Source: Longimicrobiales bacterium (GTDB taxonomy: Bacteria > Gemmatimonadota > Gemmatimonadetes > Longimicrobiales > Gaopeijiaceae). Taken from it: 64,000 bases of DNA. Below, in pieces: positions 9,525-19,843 of this stretch. Under the pieces are notes generated by a model that was not told where the DNA came from, did no database searches, and saw only the letters and a list, made by a program, of their open reading frames with translations. Every line of letters starts with the position of its first letter. The first letter of the stretch is position 1. A program made the translations under genes and the position numbers. The DNA lies in assembly GCA_965238005.1 (NCBI GenBank), contig OZ250165.1, forward strand, positions 3,296,001-3,360,000. The letters run 5' to 3'.

Positions 9525-11414
9525 CTACGAGGGCATCGAGAACTTTCCCCTCCGCAACCACTTCTCGAGAGTCAGGAGCGCCCAAAGTTGATGCCCGTAG
9601 TCGGCCTCGTGGCGGAAGTGGGCTTCGGCCATGCTCCGCACCGGGCCTGGCTCGATCCAGTCCCTGATCCGCGCATCGTCGGCCAGCAGAAAGTCCTCGA
9701 CCAGCGGCCTCCAGTGGGTTCTGAACCATACCGGAAGCGGCACACCGAACCCCATCTTTCCACGACTTCGGATCTCGGCCGGAAGCAGGTCGTGAAACGC
9801 CTCCTTGAGAACGTGCTTCAAGGACCGTCCTCGGACCTTCAGGCGATCGGGGAGAGCCGCCGCGTACTCCATGAGCTCCCGGTCCAGGAAGGGGGCACGC
9901 AGCTCGAGGCCATGGGCCATGGAGCACCGGTCCGCCTTCACCAGGAGATCGTCCGGTAGGTACGTCTCGAAGTTCAGGGCCAGAGCCCGGGCCAAGGGGG
10001 AGAGATCCGCGCTCCTCTCCAAGGGCTCCCTGAAGCTCCTCGTTATCTCCGCACGCGACAGGAGATCCCTGAGCTCCGGCCTCAAGAGCTCGTCCAGTCG
10101 ATCGCCGAAGTAGCCGATCCAGCGCAGAGTCCTCTCTTCGGCCGGTAACGCGGCCGCTTCGAAGAAGCGTGTCGCCCTCCGCGACAGGCTTCGGAAGCTC
10201 GCGTTATGGGGAAGACGCCGCCCGATCGAGTAGCCGAGTCGGGCGATAGGCGGGGGGATGGACTCGGCGATTCTGGCTGCCAGAAAACGGAGGTACCCGG
10301 CGAACAGTTCGTCCCCTGCGTCACCGGTCAGTGCCACCGTGACGTGTTCTCGGGTGAGGCGTGATACGATGTACGTCGGGATCGCCGATGAGTCGCCGAA
10401 CGGCTCGTCATGATGGTGCACGAGGTCGTCCACGAGATCGATGGCGCCGGCCTCGACCACGAATTTGGTGTGATCCGTGCCGAAGCGCTTGGACGCCAGT
10501 TCAGCGAAGGCCGTCTCGTCATAGTCGGGATCGTCGGCAAAACCGATAGAGAAGGTCCGCACCGGCTCCTCCATCATCTGACTCATCAGCCCGACGACGA
10601 TCGTCGAATCGATGCCTCCGCTCAAGAAGGCACCCAGAGGCACGTCCGAGATCAGACGGCGCTCGACAGCTCGACGAGTGAGTTCCCGCACGCTCCGAGC
10701 CGCCTCGGCACCGGAGACAGAACGGGGAGTGAAGTCCAACCGCCAGTACCGTTCCCGTCGAGTCTCTCCGTCCCGACCCACTCGCAGACTGGTGCCGGGA
10801 GGGGCCTTCCGGATCGAGCGGTAGAAAGTCCCTGGGGTGGGGATGTATCCATACGTCAGGTAAAGCGGCACCGCCGCCGGATCGAGAGTGTCGTCCACGT
10901 CGCTTGCAGCGAGGATGGCCTTGATCTCGGATGCGAAGATTACCAGCCCGTCTTTCTCGTAGACGAAGAGGGGCTTCTGGCCGGCCCGATCCCTGGCGAG
11001 AAACAGCTCACCGCTAGCCTCGCTCCAGACAGCGAAGGCGAACATGCCCTCGAGCCGGCCGGGGAGCTCGGTGCCCCACTCCTCGTATCCGTGGGCCAGG
11101 ACCTCGGTGTCACTCTGGGTACGAAAGTGGTGTCCCAGACTCTCGAGCTCCCGACGGAGCTCTCGATGGTTATAGATCTCGCCGTTGAAGACGACCTGGA
11201 CGGAACCGTCTTCGTTGGGCATGGGCTGGTCACCGGTTTCGAGATCGATGACCTTGAGCCGTGTGTGACCCAGGGCGCAGCGTCCCGTCGGAGACCGATA
11301 GCAGGAACGACCGTCGGGCCCCCGGTGAGCCAGCGTGTCGGCCATGGGGGCAATTTCGTCGAGGGCCGGATGACCTCCCCCACGCATGTGTATCACTCCG
11401 ACGATTCCGCACAC
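9525..11414 (-). CDS. asnB: asparagine synthase (glutamine-hydrolysing) family amidotransferase
   Basis: MCGIVG N-terminal nucleophile, HRGPD, FNGEIYN, LSGGIDS. Confidence 0.93.
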   Translation of the reverse strand: MCGIVGVIHMRGGGHPALDEIAPMADTLAHRGPDGRSCYRSPTGRCALGHTRLKVIDLETGDQPMPNEDGSVQVVFNGEIYNHRELRRELESLGHHFRTQSDTEVLAHGYEEWGTELPGRLEGMFAFAVWSEASGELFLARDRAGQKPLFVYEKDGLVIFASEIKAILAASDVDDTLDPAAVPLYLTYGYIPTPGTFYRSIRKAPPGTSLRVGRDGETRRERYWRLDFTPRSVSGAEAARSVRELTRRAVERRLISDVPLGAFLSGGIDSTIVVGLMSQMMEEPVRTFSIGFADDPDYDETAFAELASKRFGTDHTKFVVEAGAIDLVDDLVHHHDEPFGDSSAIPTYIVSRLTREHVTVALTGDAGDELFAGYLRFLAARIAESIPPPIARLGYSIGRRLPHNASFRSLSRRATRFFEAAALPAEERTLRWIGYFGDRLDELLRPELRDLLSRAEITRSFREPLERSADLSPLARALALNFETYLPDDLLVKADRCSMAHGLELRAPFLDRELMEYAAALPDRLKVRGRSLKHVLKEAFHDLLPAEIRSRGKMGFGVPLPVWFRTHWRPLVEDFLLADDARIRDWIEPGPVRSMAEAHFRHEADYGHQLWALLTLEKWLRRGKFSMPS

Positions 11415-11469
11415 AGATCAACAATCCGCCTGCCGGACGCCCGTGTCACGCCCCCTCACTCGATCCGCC

Positions 11470-12821
11470 TCATCGGCCCCTCGCCCGCATTAGCGGGGAT
11501 CGCACAGACCTGGCCTTCCACCATCCCGTCTGCATGATCACGCGCTCCTTCAACCAAGACAGCCCGACTCCGGTGAAGACGAAGAAGAGAGGCATGATCT
11601 GAGCCCGATGCCGATACGCCGTGCCGAAGTTTCCCTCTACCAGTCCGTAGCTGGAGACCACGATCACGAGCACGGACAGCACGATCATCACGTTGGTGAG
11701 ACCGCCCCGCATTGAGATCCTCAAGCCCTTGATGGCGAGGATGAAGAGCGGATACCAGAGCAGCGTCTCGGGCATGGCCGTGAGCTGGAGCGTTGTCTCG
11801 ATGGACCAAGGGAACGGAGCGAAGAGAAGGTAGGAGACCCCCAGGGGAAGATACCTCAGCGCGCCTCCAATGGTCTCGGTCTCGGCACCAAGACCGAAGG
11901 CGGATGTGGCGCCGGCCTGCAAGCCCATTCGTAGGATTTGAGCCGTCTCCAGCGCCGTCTCGGGCCGGACCGCGGAGAACAGCCCCACCTGGTCGGCGAG
12001 GTAGGTGAACGCGAGAGCCACCACGGTACCAAAGGCCATCGTGCCCACTATCCGGTCCGGCCGCAGCGCGGTGAAGCTCCCGATGGCGAGCCCGGCCACC
12101 ACGACGAAAGCCATGTAATCCCTCAGCAGCCCCAGACCCAGTAGCGCTCCGACGAAAATCCAGGCGCGAGACAGGCGGAACCGCTTGGTCAACCGGACAC
12201 CGGAGAGGACGAGCAGGACGATGAAGAACGTAGCCAGTGCGTCGCGGATGTTGAGGATCGACCAGAGGACTAGGGACGGGAAGAACCCGGTCAACAGGGC
12301 CGCAACCTTGGCAGACCGGACGGTCAGAACCTCCCGGGTGAGGTAGAAAGTCATGAGCGCAGTCCCGACCCCCGCAAACATGTTGAGCACCACGAGGGCG
12401 ATGCTGGATTCTCCGAAGATGAAGTGGAAGACCGCGTTCAGATGGTAATACCCTGGGCGCCAGCCTTCTCGGATCGCCTGAGGGGCCGGGCCCGCGCCGG
12501 ACCAGTAGTTGCTGATCGCCTCCCCAATCCGCTCGTAGGCCATGGCGTCGGGCGCAAAGAAGTAGGGAGAAATCTGGACGTGCACGATCAGCGCCAAGAC
12601 GATGCGCAACCCCAGCGCGGCCAAAACGAACCGGAAGAGCCATCCCTTGACGGCCACATCCGGCTCGCGAGACACGAGCACCAGAGTGAGGGCGAGCAGT
12701 ACGATCAGCTCGATCGTGAACGGGAGGGCCACCCCCGGTTCTCGATCACCGCCAGCCCGAGCAGCGCCGACGCCACCACAACCATGACGATGGCGATGGC
12801 GCCGGCGTTGGAAGACCTCAC
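11470..12821 (-). pseudogene. polytopic Wzy/GT-C-like membrane protein, frameshifted near the 5' end
   Basis: GTG at 12821 gives MRSSNAGAIAIVMVVVASALLGLAVIENRG; the frame shifts at the G5 run (12732-12736) into VALPFTIELIVLL...NFGTAYRHRAQIMP. Restart at GTG 12732 is possible. Confidence 0.65.
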
Positions 12822-14238
12822 GCGTTCTCGGTCCCGGACACTCGGAGGGTGAGCTCGGACTCGTCACCTCCCTGCCGCATTCCCCCCGCCTTCCACCATC
12901 GACCCTGAGCCCACTCTGGCATCCCGGCCAACCCCACCATACCCAGCAACGCCCAGACGTGTCTGAAGTCCTCGCTGGCCACGGCGACGCCGTGGACGGC
13001 GACGGCAATGAGCGCAAGCAGGAGAGCCGCGTTACGCCGCGTGGTACCGTCGCGGATCAGTGCCCGTACCAGAATCACCACCGCACCGCTGATCAGTGCG
13101 AACCCCGCAAGGCCGTATTGACCGAGGAGACTCAGATAGAGGTTGTGGGCGTCCCAGAGCGAGAGCGTGCTCGAGCCGCTGAGGGGGTCCATGGCCTCTG
13201 CCAGATAGGGGCTCGCGCCCACTCCTGCCAGAGGCGACTCCAGGACCGCCTGCCACGCAGAGGCCCAGATGCCCCACCGGATCCCGCTGGCCGAGATGGA
13301 CAGGCCACCGAGGTTGAAGCCCATGGGAAGGAGCAGCCCCATCAACGTCGTTGTGAAGATCGTCACGCCAGCCACCAGGAGAATCACCGGACCAGGCCGC
13401 TTCCGATCGAGTGAGACCCGGCCATGGCGCTGGCGCATCGTGAGGAGCCCGATGACCGCCAGCAGAACCCCCGCTCCGATCCACGCCGACGAGATCGTCA
13501 GGAAGAGGGTCACGCCCAAAACCCATGCACCTACCGTGGTCCAGACACCGAAGTCCTGGCGGAGGGGACGCCAGCGGGCCCAGAGAAGCGCTCCGGACAC
13601 CACCAGGTAGTCGCCGAACATGGTAGGGTGAAGGAACGGTCCTGACAGCCGGGGTGCTGGCAATCCACGGATCGAGCCGCCTCGGTAGAGCACTTGCTCA
13701 TGGAGGGGACCAGGTCCGACGAGCGCGAAGACCCACGTGACGACAAGACAGATCGCCGTGCCGAGGAGCCACGCGTCAGCCGCCTTGCCCCACTCCGCCC
13801 CGCACCAGATGATGGCCAAGGCGCCCAGTCCGAGGGCTGCGTACGCTACGCCCTTACCGTGTGAACGCCCCACGCACCCCCCAAGGCGCCCCACGCGCTG
13901 AATGCCATGAAGAACAGTGCTGCGACGTGGAACGCCCTATGCACAGGGAGGAGGGGCACGCCCTCTCTCCTGCGGCTCAGGAAGTGCGGGATCATCCGGC
14001 CGAGGTCGGCGATGCCGGCCAGAATGACGATGGCAAGGAAGACATCGCTCAGCGTGGCCATGGCGCCGTTCACCGGCATCACGAAGAGGTGGCCGATGGG
14101 CAAGACAACGAGATAGCCGAAGACAGCGTAGCGCAGGATCAGCGGATCCGGAATGGGCTGTGATGGCTCCGGTAGGTCCGGCCCGGACTCCGCGGCCACC
14201 CCGGCACCCGCGTCCAAGCCGGAGACTTCATCACTCAT
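12818..14238 (-). pseudogene. O-antigen ligase/polymerase family protein split by a frameshift
   Basis: N-part 13846..14238 and C-part 12818..13894 lie in different frames; C-part has RLSGPFLHPTMFG, RWGIW, GVG and AHNLYLSLLGQYGLAG. Confidence 0.7.
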
Positions 14239-15041
14239 GAGAGTCCTCCCGTATAGTGGCTCACCACAGCCCGCACCAACCCCGCAACCGTGAACTCCTC
14301 GGCCTCGACCACAACGTCGTAGCCGAGCTCCCGAGCGGCCGATGCCGTAACCGGGCCTATGACGGCGGCCCGAGCGATCGGCGGCCCTTCGACAAGCCGA
14401 TGAAAGCCCCGGACGGACGAGGGTGATGTGAAGGTAACCAGATCCACCCCCTTCTCGAGCTGGGCTAGCAAGTCGGGGGAAGCGTCGTCGACGGCCACCG
14501 TCCGGTATGTCGTGACGACGTCTACCACCGCACCCCGTCCCCGAAGCCCTGTCGGTAGAACGTCTCTGGCCCCGGCGGCCACCGGAAGGAGCACGCGCCG
14601 GCCGTCCAGGGGGCCGGCTGCCGCCAAGGCATCCAAGACCCCCTCGGCCACATGGGTCTCGGGCACCAGGTCAACGGAGAGACCGATGGCCTCCGCGGCC
14701 CGCGCGGTCGCGGGTCCGATGCAGCAGACTCGAACCGTGGCCAGGGCACCGGCCGTGTCGATCCCCGCCTCAGAAGCGGCCCGGGCGAAGGACTCCACGC
14801 CGTTGGTCGACGTGAACACCGCCCAGTCGTACTCGGCCGCGCCGCGAACGGCACGACGAAGGCGCTGGGGGTCGTCCGGAGGTGCGATACGAATGGTGGG
14901 AAAGCGGAGAACGCGGGCCCCTAGACCTTCAAGCGCCTCAGCCAGCTCTTCGGCTTGCGCCTTCGGCCTGGTAACCACCAGGGTCCGGTCGGTGAGGGGG
15001 GGGACACCAACCGACACTTCAAATGTTTCGGCAGTGTTCAT
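14235..15041 (-). CDS. hemD: uroporphyrinogen-III synthase
   Basis: LVVTRP, WAVFTSTNGV, CIGPATA, FTSPSSV, IGPVTA motifs. Confidence 0.88.
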   Translation of the reverse strand: MNTAETFEVSVGVPPLTDRTLVVTRPKAQAEELAEALEGLGARVLRFPTIRIAPPDDPQRLRRAVRGAAEYDWAVFTSTNGVESFARAASEAGIDTAGALATVRVCCIGPATARAAEAIGLSVDLVPETHVAEGVLDALAAAGPLDGRRVLLPVAAGARDVLPTGLRGRGAVVDVVTTYRTVAVDDASPDLLAQLEKGVDLVTFTSPSSVRGFHRLVEGPPIARAAVIGPVTASAARELGYDVVVEAEEFTVAGLVRAVVSHYTGGLS

Positions 15042-15064
15042 GGGCCCTAATATATCCCCCCTCC

Positions 15065-16897
15065 TCAGTCGAGGGCGAAGTCGCGTTTGCCAGGCCTCAG
15101 AAGGGCCGGATCCTGCTCTGCCTTCTCGACAAGGCAGTTCTCCACCACCAGGACGTCCAGCTCCGTTCCCATGAAGCACTTGAAGGCGTCTTCGGGCGTG
15201 CACACGATGGGCTCCCCGCGGACGTTGAAGCTCGTGTTGACCAGCACGGAGCAGCCCGTGCGACCCTTGAATCTACGGAGAAGCGCGTGGGTCCTGGGAT
15301 TGCTGTCCCGGGCGACCGTCTGAACTCGGGCCGAGAAGTCCACGTGGGTCACCGCGGGAATGTCACTTCGTGCTACCTTGAGCTGCTCCAGCCCCTCTGC
15401 CGGCGTGGACGGTAGATGCCGCCGACGCTCCTGGGCCACGCCGGCCACGAGGAGCATGTATGGGCTGGCCTCGTCCAGCTCGAACCAGTCCTGCACGTCC
15501 TCCTCGAGCACCATGGGCGCGAAGGGCCGGAAAGACTCCCGGTACTTGACCTGCAGATTGAGCTTCTTCTGCATCTCCGGCTGCCGGGGATCGGCCAGGA
15601 TGGACCGGTTACCGAGGGCGCGTGGCCCGAACTCCATGCGGCCCTGGAACCAGCCCACGGACCGCCCCTCGGCCAGGGCATCGGCGGTACGGTCCAGGAT
15701 CTCGTCGTCGGAGAGCGTGTGAATCCGCGCCCCGGCCCCCTCGAGTCGGGCGCGGGCGTCGTCCGGCTCGAAGCGGGGCCCCAGATAGGCCCCCGACATG
15801 GCGTCGGGCTCCTGGACGGACCTCGGCTCGCCGAGGAACCCATGGTACGTGGCTAGTGCGGCCCCCACCGCTCCACCTGCGTCAACGGCGGCTGGCTGGA
15901 TCCAGATCCGCTCGAAGCAGCCGTCTCGGAGGACCTCGCCGTTGGCCACACAGTTGAGAGCGACGCCGCCGGCCAGGCACAGGTTGGACAGTCCGGTCTC
16001 CGCGGCGATGGAGCGGGCGAGTCGTAGAACGACCTCTTCAGTCACCGCCTGGACGGAGGCCGCCAGGTCCATGTCCTCACGGCGAAGCTTCGACTCGGGG
16101 GGCCTCGGTGGGACTCCGAAGAGCTCGGTGAAGCGGTCGCTGGTCATGCGGAGTCCGGTGCAGTAGTCGAAGTACGACTGGTCGAGACGGAACGAGCCGT
16201 CGTCCTTCACGTCGATGATGTGGTCGAGAATGGTCTGCTTCCACCGGGGCGTCCCGTACGGTGCCAACCCCATGAGCTTGTACTCACCCGAGTTGACCCT
16301 GAACCCGGTCTGATAGGTGAACGCGGAGTAGAGGAGTCCAAGAGAGTGGGGAAAGTGAATCTCGCGGTGGATCTCGAGCTCCCGCCCTCGCCCTACGCCC
16401 CAGGCGGTAGGCGCCCATTCACCGACGCCGTCCAGCGAGAGGACGGCGGCTTCGGTGAACGGCGACGGGAAGAAGGCCGACGCCTGGTGGCTGATATGGT
16501 GCTCGGTGAACAGCAGAGGGGGCAGTCGCCCTGCCCGACCCTCAGGTGCCCACTCCTCGAGCGACTTCTCGAGAAGGCGCTTGAGAAACAGCTTCTCCCT
16601 GAGCCACACTGGAATGGCGGCTTGGAATGAGCGAAATCCGCGTGGAGCCAGAGCCAGGTAGGTCTCGACCAGCCGCTCGAACTTGATGAAGGGCTTGTCG
16701 TAGAACGTCACATAGTCGACGTCGGCCAGGGCTCCCGGGCACCTCTCGAGGCAGTAGGCCACGGCATTGCGGGGAAAGCGCGCGTCGTGCTTCCTGCGGG
16801 TGAAGCGCTCTTCCTGCGCCGCCGCCACGATGCGGCCGTCCTCCACCAACGCCGCAGCGCTGTCGTGGTAGAACGCCGACAGTCCGAGGATGCGCAC
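15065..16897 (-). CDS. NodU/CmcH/SxtI-type O-carbamoyltransferase
   Basis: SAFYHDSAAAL, QEERFTRRKH, NSGEYKLMGLAPYG, GPRALGNRS, LVNTSFNVRGEPIV. Confidence 0.93.
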   Translation of the reverse strand: MRILGLSAFYHDSAAALVEDGRIVAAAQEERFTRRKHDARFPRNAVAYCLERCPGALADVDYVTFYDKPFIKFERLVETYLALAPRGFRSFQAAIPVWLREKLFLKRLLEKSLEEWAPEGRAGRLPPLLFTEHHISHQASAFFPSPFTEAAVLSLDGVGEWAPTAWGVGRGRELEIHREIHFPHSLGLLYSAFTYQTGFRVNSGEYKLMGLAPYGTPRWKQTILDHIIDVKDDGSFRLDQSYFDYCTGLRMTSDRFTELFGVPPRPPESKLRREDMDLAASVQAVTEEVVLRLARSIAAETGLSNLCLAGGVALNCVANGEVLRDGCFERIWIQPAAVDAGGAVGAALATYHGFLGEPRSVQEPDAMSGAYLGPRFEPDDARARLEGAGARIHTLSDDEILDRTADALAEGRSVGWFQGRMEFGPRALGNRSILADPRQPEMQKKLNLQVKYRESFRPFAPMVLEEDVQDWFELDEASPYMLLVAGVAQERRRHLPSTPAEGLEQLKVARSDIPAVTHVDFSARVQTVARDSNPRTHALLRRFKGRTGCSVLVNTSFNVRGEPIVCTPEDAFKCFMGTELDVLVVENCLVEKAEQDPALLRPGKRDFALD

Positions 16898-16915
16898 GCC
16901 GGGCTACTGACCGGT

Positions 16916-16957
16916 GTAGTGTGGTGTCCCAGAAGTGTCTCGGCAACGGAACACTAG
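16916..16957. repeat. 42-bp internally deleted MITE-like copy
   Basis: gtagtgtggtgtcccagaagtgtctcggc-aacggaacactag: two family ends joined. Confidence 0.6.
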
Positions 16958-17106
16958 AAGATCGCGTAAATGAAGGGAGCGACGGCGCTACCCTCGGCCA
17001 ATACGATCAAGAGCCCGAGCAGCATCATGAAGATCAGGAGGGGGGCGAGCCAGAACTTCTTTCGGGCCCTCAAGAAGGTCCAGAACTCGACGAGGAAATC
17101 GATCAT
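16954..17106 (-). CDS. SxtK-like (DUF5989-type) 50-aa membrane peptide; not in the ORF track
   Basis: MIDFLVEFWTFLRARKKFWLAPLLIFMMLLGLLIVLAEGSAVAPFIYAIF*. Confidence 0.88.
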   Translation of the reverse strand: MIDFLVEFWTFLRARKKFWLAPLLIFMMLLGLLIVLAEGSAVAPFIYAIF

Positions 17107-17119
17107 CGGTTACAGGCCA

Positions 17120-17545
17120 CTAGAACTGGCGCTCCATGGTCTCCGGCTCCGGGCCCGGGGGATCGCGGTCGATCCAGTAGGTGGCGTCGCCCGGTGTGAA
17201 CTCGAGTCGGAGGGGCCGGAACCCGCGAAGCCGCAGCAGGAAGCCCAAGGGCACGAAGGCGAGAACGAAGAGGAGGAACAACACGACCGGCGTGATGACC
17301 CTTCCCAGGAGGATTCCCAGTCGCGTCCATGCGGAATTGAGGGGCCGAAGCACCTGAGGCACCAGCAGGGCCGTCACGCCGAATACGACGGCGAATCCCA
17401 CCATCCACCCGGCCACCTGAGCCCACTCCTCCGCCTTCCACCACGCCAGGGCCGTCAGGGCCAGGGCCATGACGATCCCGAAGCCCCGCTCCGACGAGCG
17501 AGCGGGTTCGAACCTGGATTGGAAGTCTTCGTGATGGGATGCCAT
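17120..17545 (-). CDS. SxtJ family membrane protein
   Basis: SERGFG, two TM helices, PLNSAWTRLGILLG, C-terminal TYWIDR...MERQF. Confidence 0.85.
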   Translation of the reverse strand: MASHHEDFQSRFEPARSSERGFGIVMALALTALAWWKAEEWAQVAGWMVGFAVVFGVTALLVPQVLRPLNSAWTRLGILLGRVITPVVLFLLFVLAFVPLGFLLRLRGFRPLRLEFTPGDATYWIDRDPPGPEPETMERQF

Positions 17546-17580
17546 GCGAGCCTATTCGTATGGCTCGAGGGTGAGGCGGT

Positions 17581-17796
17581 CTAGACCTCGGCCAACTTGA
17601 CCGGAGGCGCCTTGGTGACTCTCCCGCCTTTGATGCAGGTCGTGCAGACCCGCACGCGACGCCGGTCGCCCTCCGGGGTCACGATCTTCACGGTCTGCAG
17701 GTTGGGAAGCCAACGCCGCTTCGTCTTGTTGTGGGCGTGACTCACGTTGTTCCCTGTCGCTGGCCGCTTGCCGCACATGTAACACACTCGAGCCAT
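17581..17796 (-). CDS. rpmB: 50S ribosomal protein bL28
   Basis: [34 protein letters not shown]. Confidence 0.96.
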   Translation of the reverse strand: MARVCYMCGKRPATGNNVSHAHNKTKRRWLPNLQTVKIVTPEGDRRRVRVCTTCIKGGRVTKAPPVKLAEV

Positions 17797-17824
17797 AGTT
17801 CTATATACCCTCGGGCTCAGCCCG

Positions 17825-18367
17825 TCAGTTATCTCCACCGCCGTCGCCGCCGCCGGCCATGACGACCACCGCCTCCAGGAACGACTGTGCGAAGGCCGCC
17901 AGAATCCTGTCGTCTTCCGTGATGGCACCGGTGGCCACCCAGTCGTCCGCCACACTATCGCTCATGGCGTAGACCCTGCCGACCACCGAAACCCGCGAGC
18001 CGCTCGGGACCGATACGCCGTCCTCCACGACCCGCGCTCCCATCTTGATGAGGTACTGACCCGGATGGTTGGGCATCGCCACGAAGAAGGCCTGGGAGCC
18101 CACTGCGCCCTCCACCGACAGGTCGTTGATGCGGACGACGCCGTTGCTGTGCGCCATGGGGTCGGACCCGAACACGGCCGCCTCCACCACGCGAGCCGAG
18201 TCGAGCGACTCCGAGTCGCCGGAGGTGTCCTCGACAACCGCGACTTCTATGTCCGCCGCCTTCATGTTCAGCCACGCCAGAAAGCCGCCCACGATGACGA
18301 AGGCCGATATCATCAGAACGAGAGGTCCTCTGTCAGAGGCGCCTTTTCGGGACCCGAACGATGCCAT
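17825..18367 (-). CDS. hypothetical protein with N-terminal TM anchor
   Basis: Fills the rplQ-rpmB gap; single hydrophobic helix followed by a beta-rich region. Confidence 0.65.
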   Translation of the reverse strand: MASFGSRKGASDRGPLVLMISAFVIVGGFLAWLNMKAADIEVAVVEDTSGDSESLDSARVVEAAVFGSDPMAHSNGVVRINDLSVEGAVGSQAFFVAMPNHPGQYLIKMGARVVEDGVSVPSGSRVSVVGRVYAMSDSVADDWVATGAITEDDRILAAFAQSFLEAVVVMAGGGDGGGDN

Positions 18368-18422
18368 TCTGTGCTGTACTCCCAGCTCTTGGTCAATACG
18401 AGACATTCGAGGTCCCGCCAGT

Positions 18423-18776
18423 CTAATCGACCAACTCGATCAGCGCCATCTCTGCGGCGTCCCCACGACGACTCCCCAACTTGAGGATGCGGGTGTATCC
18501 GCCCGGCCGTTCGGTGAACCGCGGGCCGATGTCGTCGAAGAGCTTGCCGAGGACCGCACGGTCTGCGATCTGGCGACCGGCCAGACGGCGGGCGTGCAGG
18601 TCACCCCTCTTGCCCAGAGTGATGAGCCGCTCGGCGAAGGGACGGAGCTCCTTGGCCTTGGCTGTCGTCGTCTCGATTCGCTCGTGCTGGAAGAGGGACG
18701 TAGCCATGTTGCGGAGCGTCGCCTTCCTGTGACTCGCGGTCCGGGAGAGGGCCCGGCCCTTCTTCCGATGCCTCAT
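18423..18776 (-). CDS. rplQ: 50S ribosomal protein bL17
   Basis: [19 protein letters not shown]...[10 protein letters not shown]. Confidence 0.97.
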   Translation of the reverse strand: MRHRKKGRALSRTASHRKATLRNMATSLFQHERIETTTAKAKELRPFAERLITLGKRGDLHARRLAGRQIADRAVLGKLFDDIGPRFTERPGGYTRILKLGSRRGDAAEMALIELVD

Positions 18777-18784
18777 GATGAGCC

Positions 18785-19843
18785 TTACTCCTCGCTGGCC
18801 TCGGCCGGCTCGACCAGATCCTCGTCCACGAGGAAGAGCTGGCCATCGTCGCCCTCCCTGAGGCTCATGCCGAACCGGAGGCCGTGCTCGTCCAGGAAGT
18901 CGGAGATCTCCTTGAGCGACTTCTTACCGAAGTTCTCGATCCCCAGCATCTCGTCCTCGGAGCGCTGAACGAGGTCGCCCAGAGTCCGGATGTTCTCCTT
19001 CTGCAATGAGTTACGGGACCGAACGCTGAGCTCGGCCAGATCCTCGATTGGCCGGTCGAACAGATCGCGCAGTCGGTCGGGGACCTCCACGGCGCCCGGA
19101 GGCGTCAGCTGTGGCATTCCACCCTCACCGAAGTAGAGCATGAATTCGAGGTGCTTCCGAACCAGCTCCGCAGCGTAACGAACGGCCCACTCCGGATCGA
19201 CCGATCCGTCGGTCTCGACGAAGAGCGTCAGCCGATCGAAGTCGGTGCGCTGCCCGACCCGCGTCTCCTCCACCGCGAAGTTGGCACGCAGGACCGGGTT
19301 GTAGATCGAGTCGATGCGAACCATGTCCACGGGCGCGCCCCAGGGCGGCTCGTGCTGGCTCGCGAGAACGAAGCCCCGCCCCTTGTTAACGTGCAGCTCG
19401 ATGTTGAGCTTGCGCTTGTCCTGCACGGTCATCAGGTGATGATCCGGATCGTAGATCGTCACTCCCGCCGCCGGCGTGATCTCGGCCGCCGTCACGGGAC
19501 CCGCCCCGGTCACGCGGATCGCGAGGGTCGCCTCGTCGATATCGTCGTCCAGTGTGACGACCAGGGCCTTGAGGTTCTGGATGACCTGGTGGACGTCTTC
19601 CACCACGCCCTGGATGGTCTGGTGCTCGTGCACCACACCGTCGATCCGGAACGCCCACACGGCCGCCCCACGTAGCGACGAGAGGAGCACCCTGCGAACC
19701 GAGTTGCCGAGGGTGTGTCCGAAGCCGCGCTCGAGAGGCTCGATCACGAACTCGGCCGAGTGCCCGTCCTCCGAGGTCCCGGCGACCTCGATCCGCTCGG
19801 GGAGTACCAATCCGGTTAGATCTATCTGCACTGAAGACTCCAT
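18785..19843 (-). CDS. rpoA: RNA polymerase alpha subunit
   Basis: [34 protein letters not shown]...NFGKKSL. Confidence 0.97.
   Translation of the reverse strand: MESSVQIDLTGLVLPERIEVAGTSEDGHSAEFVIEPLERGFGHTLGNSVRRVLLSSLRGAAVWAFRIDGVVHEHQTIQGVVEDVHQVIQNLKALVVTLDDDIDEATLAIRVTGAGPVTAAEITPAAGVTIYDPDHHLMTVQDKRKLNIELHVNKGRGFVLASQHEPPWGAPVDMVRIDSIYNPVLRANFAVEETRVGQRTDFDRLTLFVETDGSVDPEWAVRYAAELVRKHLEFMLYFGEGGMPQLTPPGAVEVPDRLRDLFDRPIEDLAELSVRSRNSLQKENIRTLGDLVQRSEDEMLGIENFGKKSLKEISDFLDEHGLRFGMSLREGDDGQLFLVDEDLVEPAEASEE

Noticed and set aside
9525..11414. AsnB as the lasso cyclase for the RRE/kinase cassette
   Set aside because: It has an intact Cys2 glutaminase domain, sits in a glycan locus about 28 kb away, and no lasso B2 protease or lasso-type precursor is visible
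15065..17545. Saxitoxin biosynthesis suggested by sxtI/J/K-like genes
   Set aside because: No sxtA, sxtG or other core genes; this trio is common in polysaccharide loci
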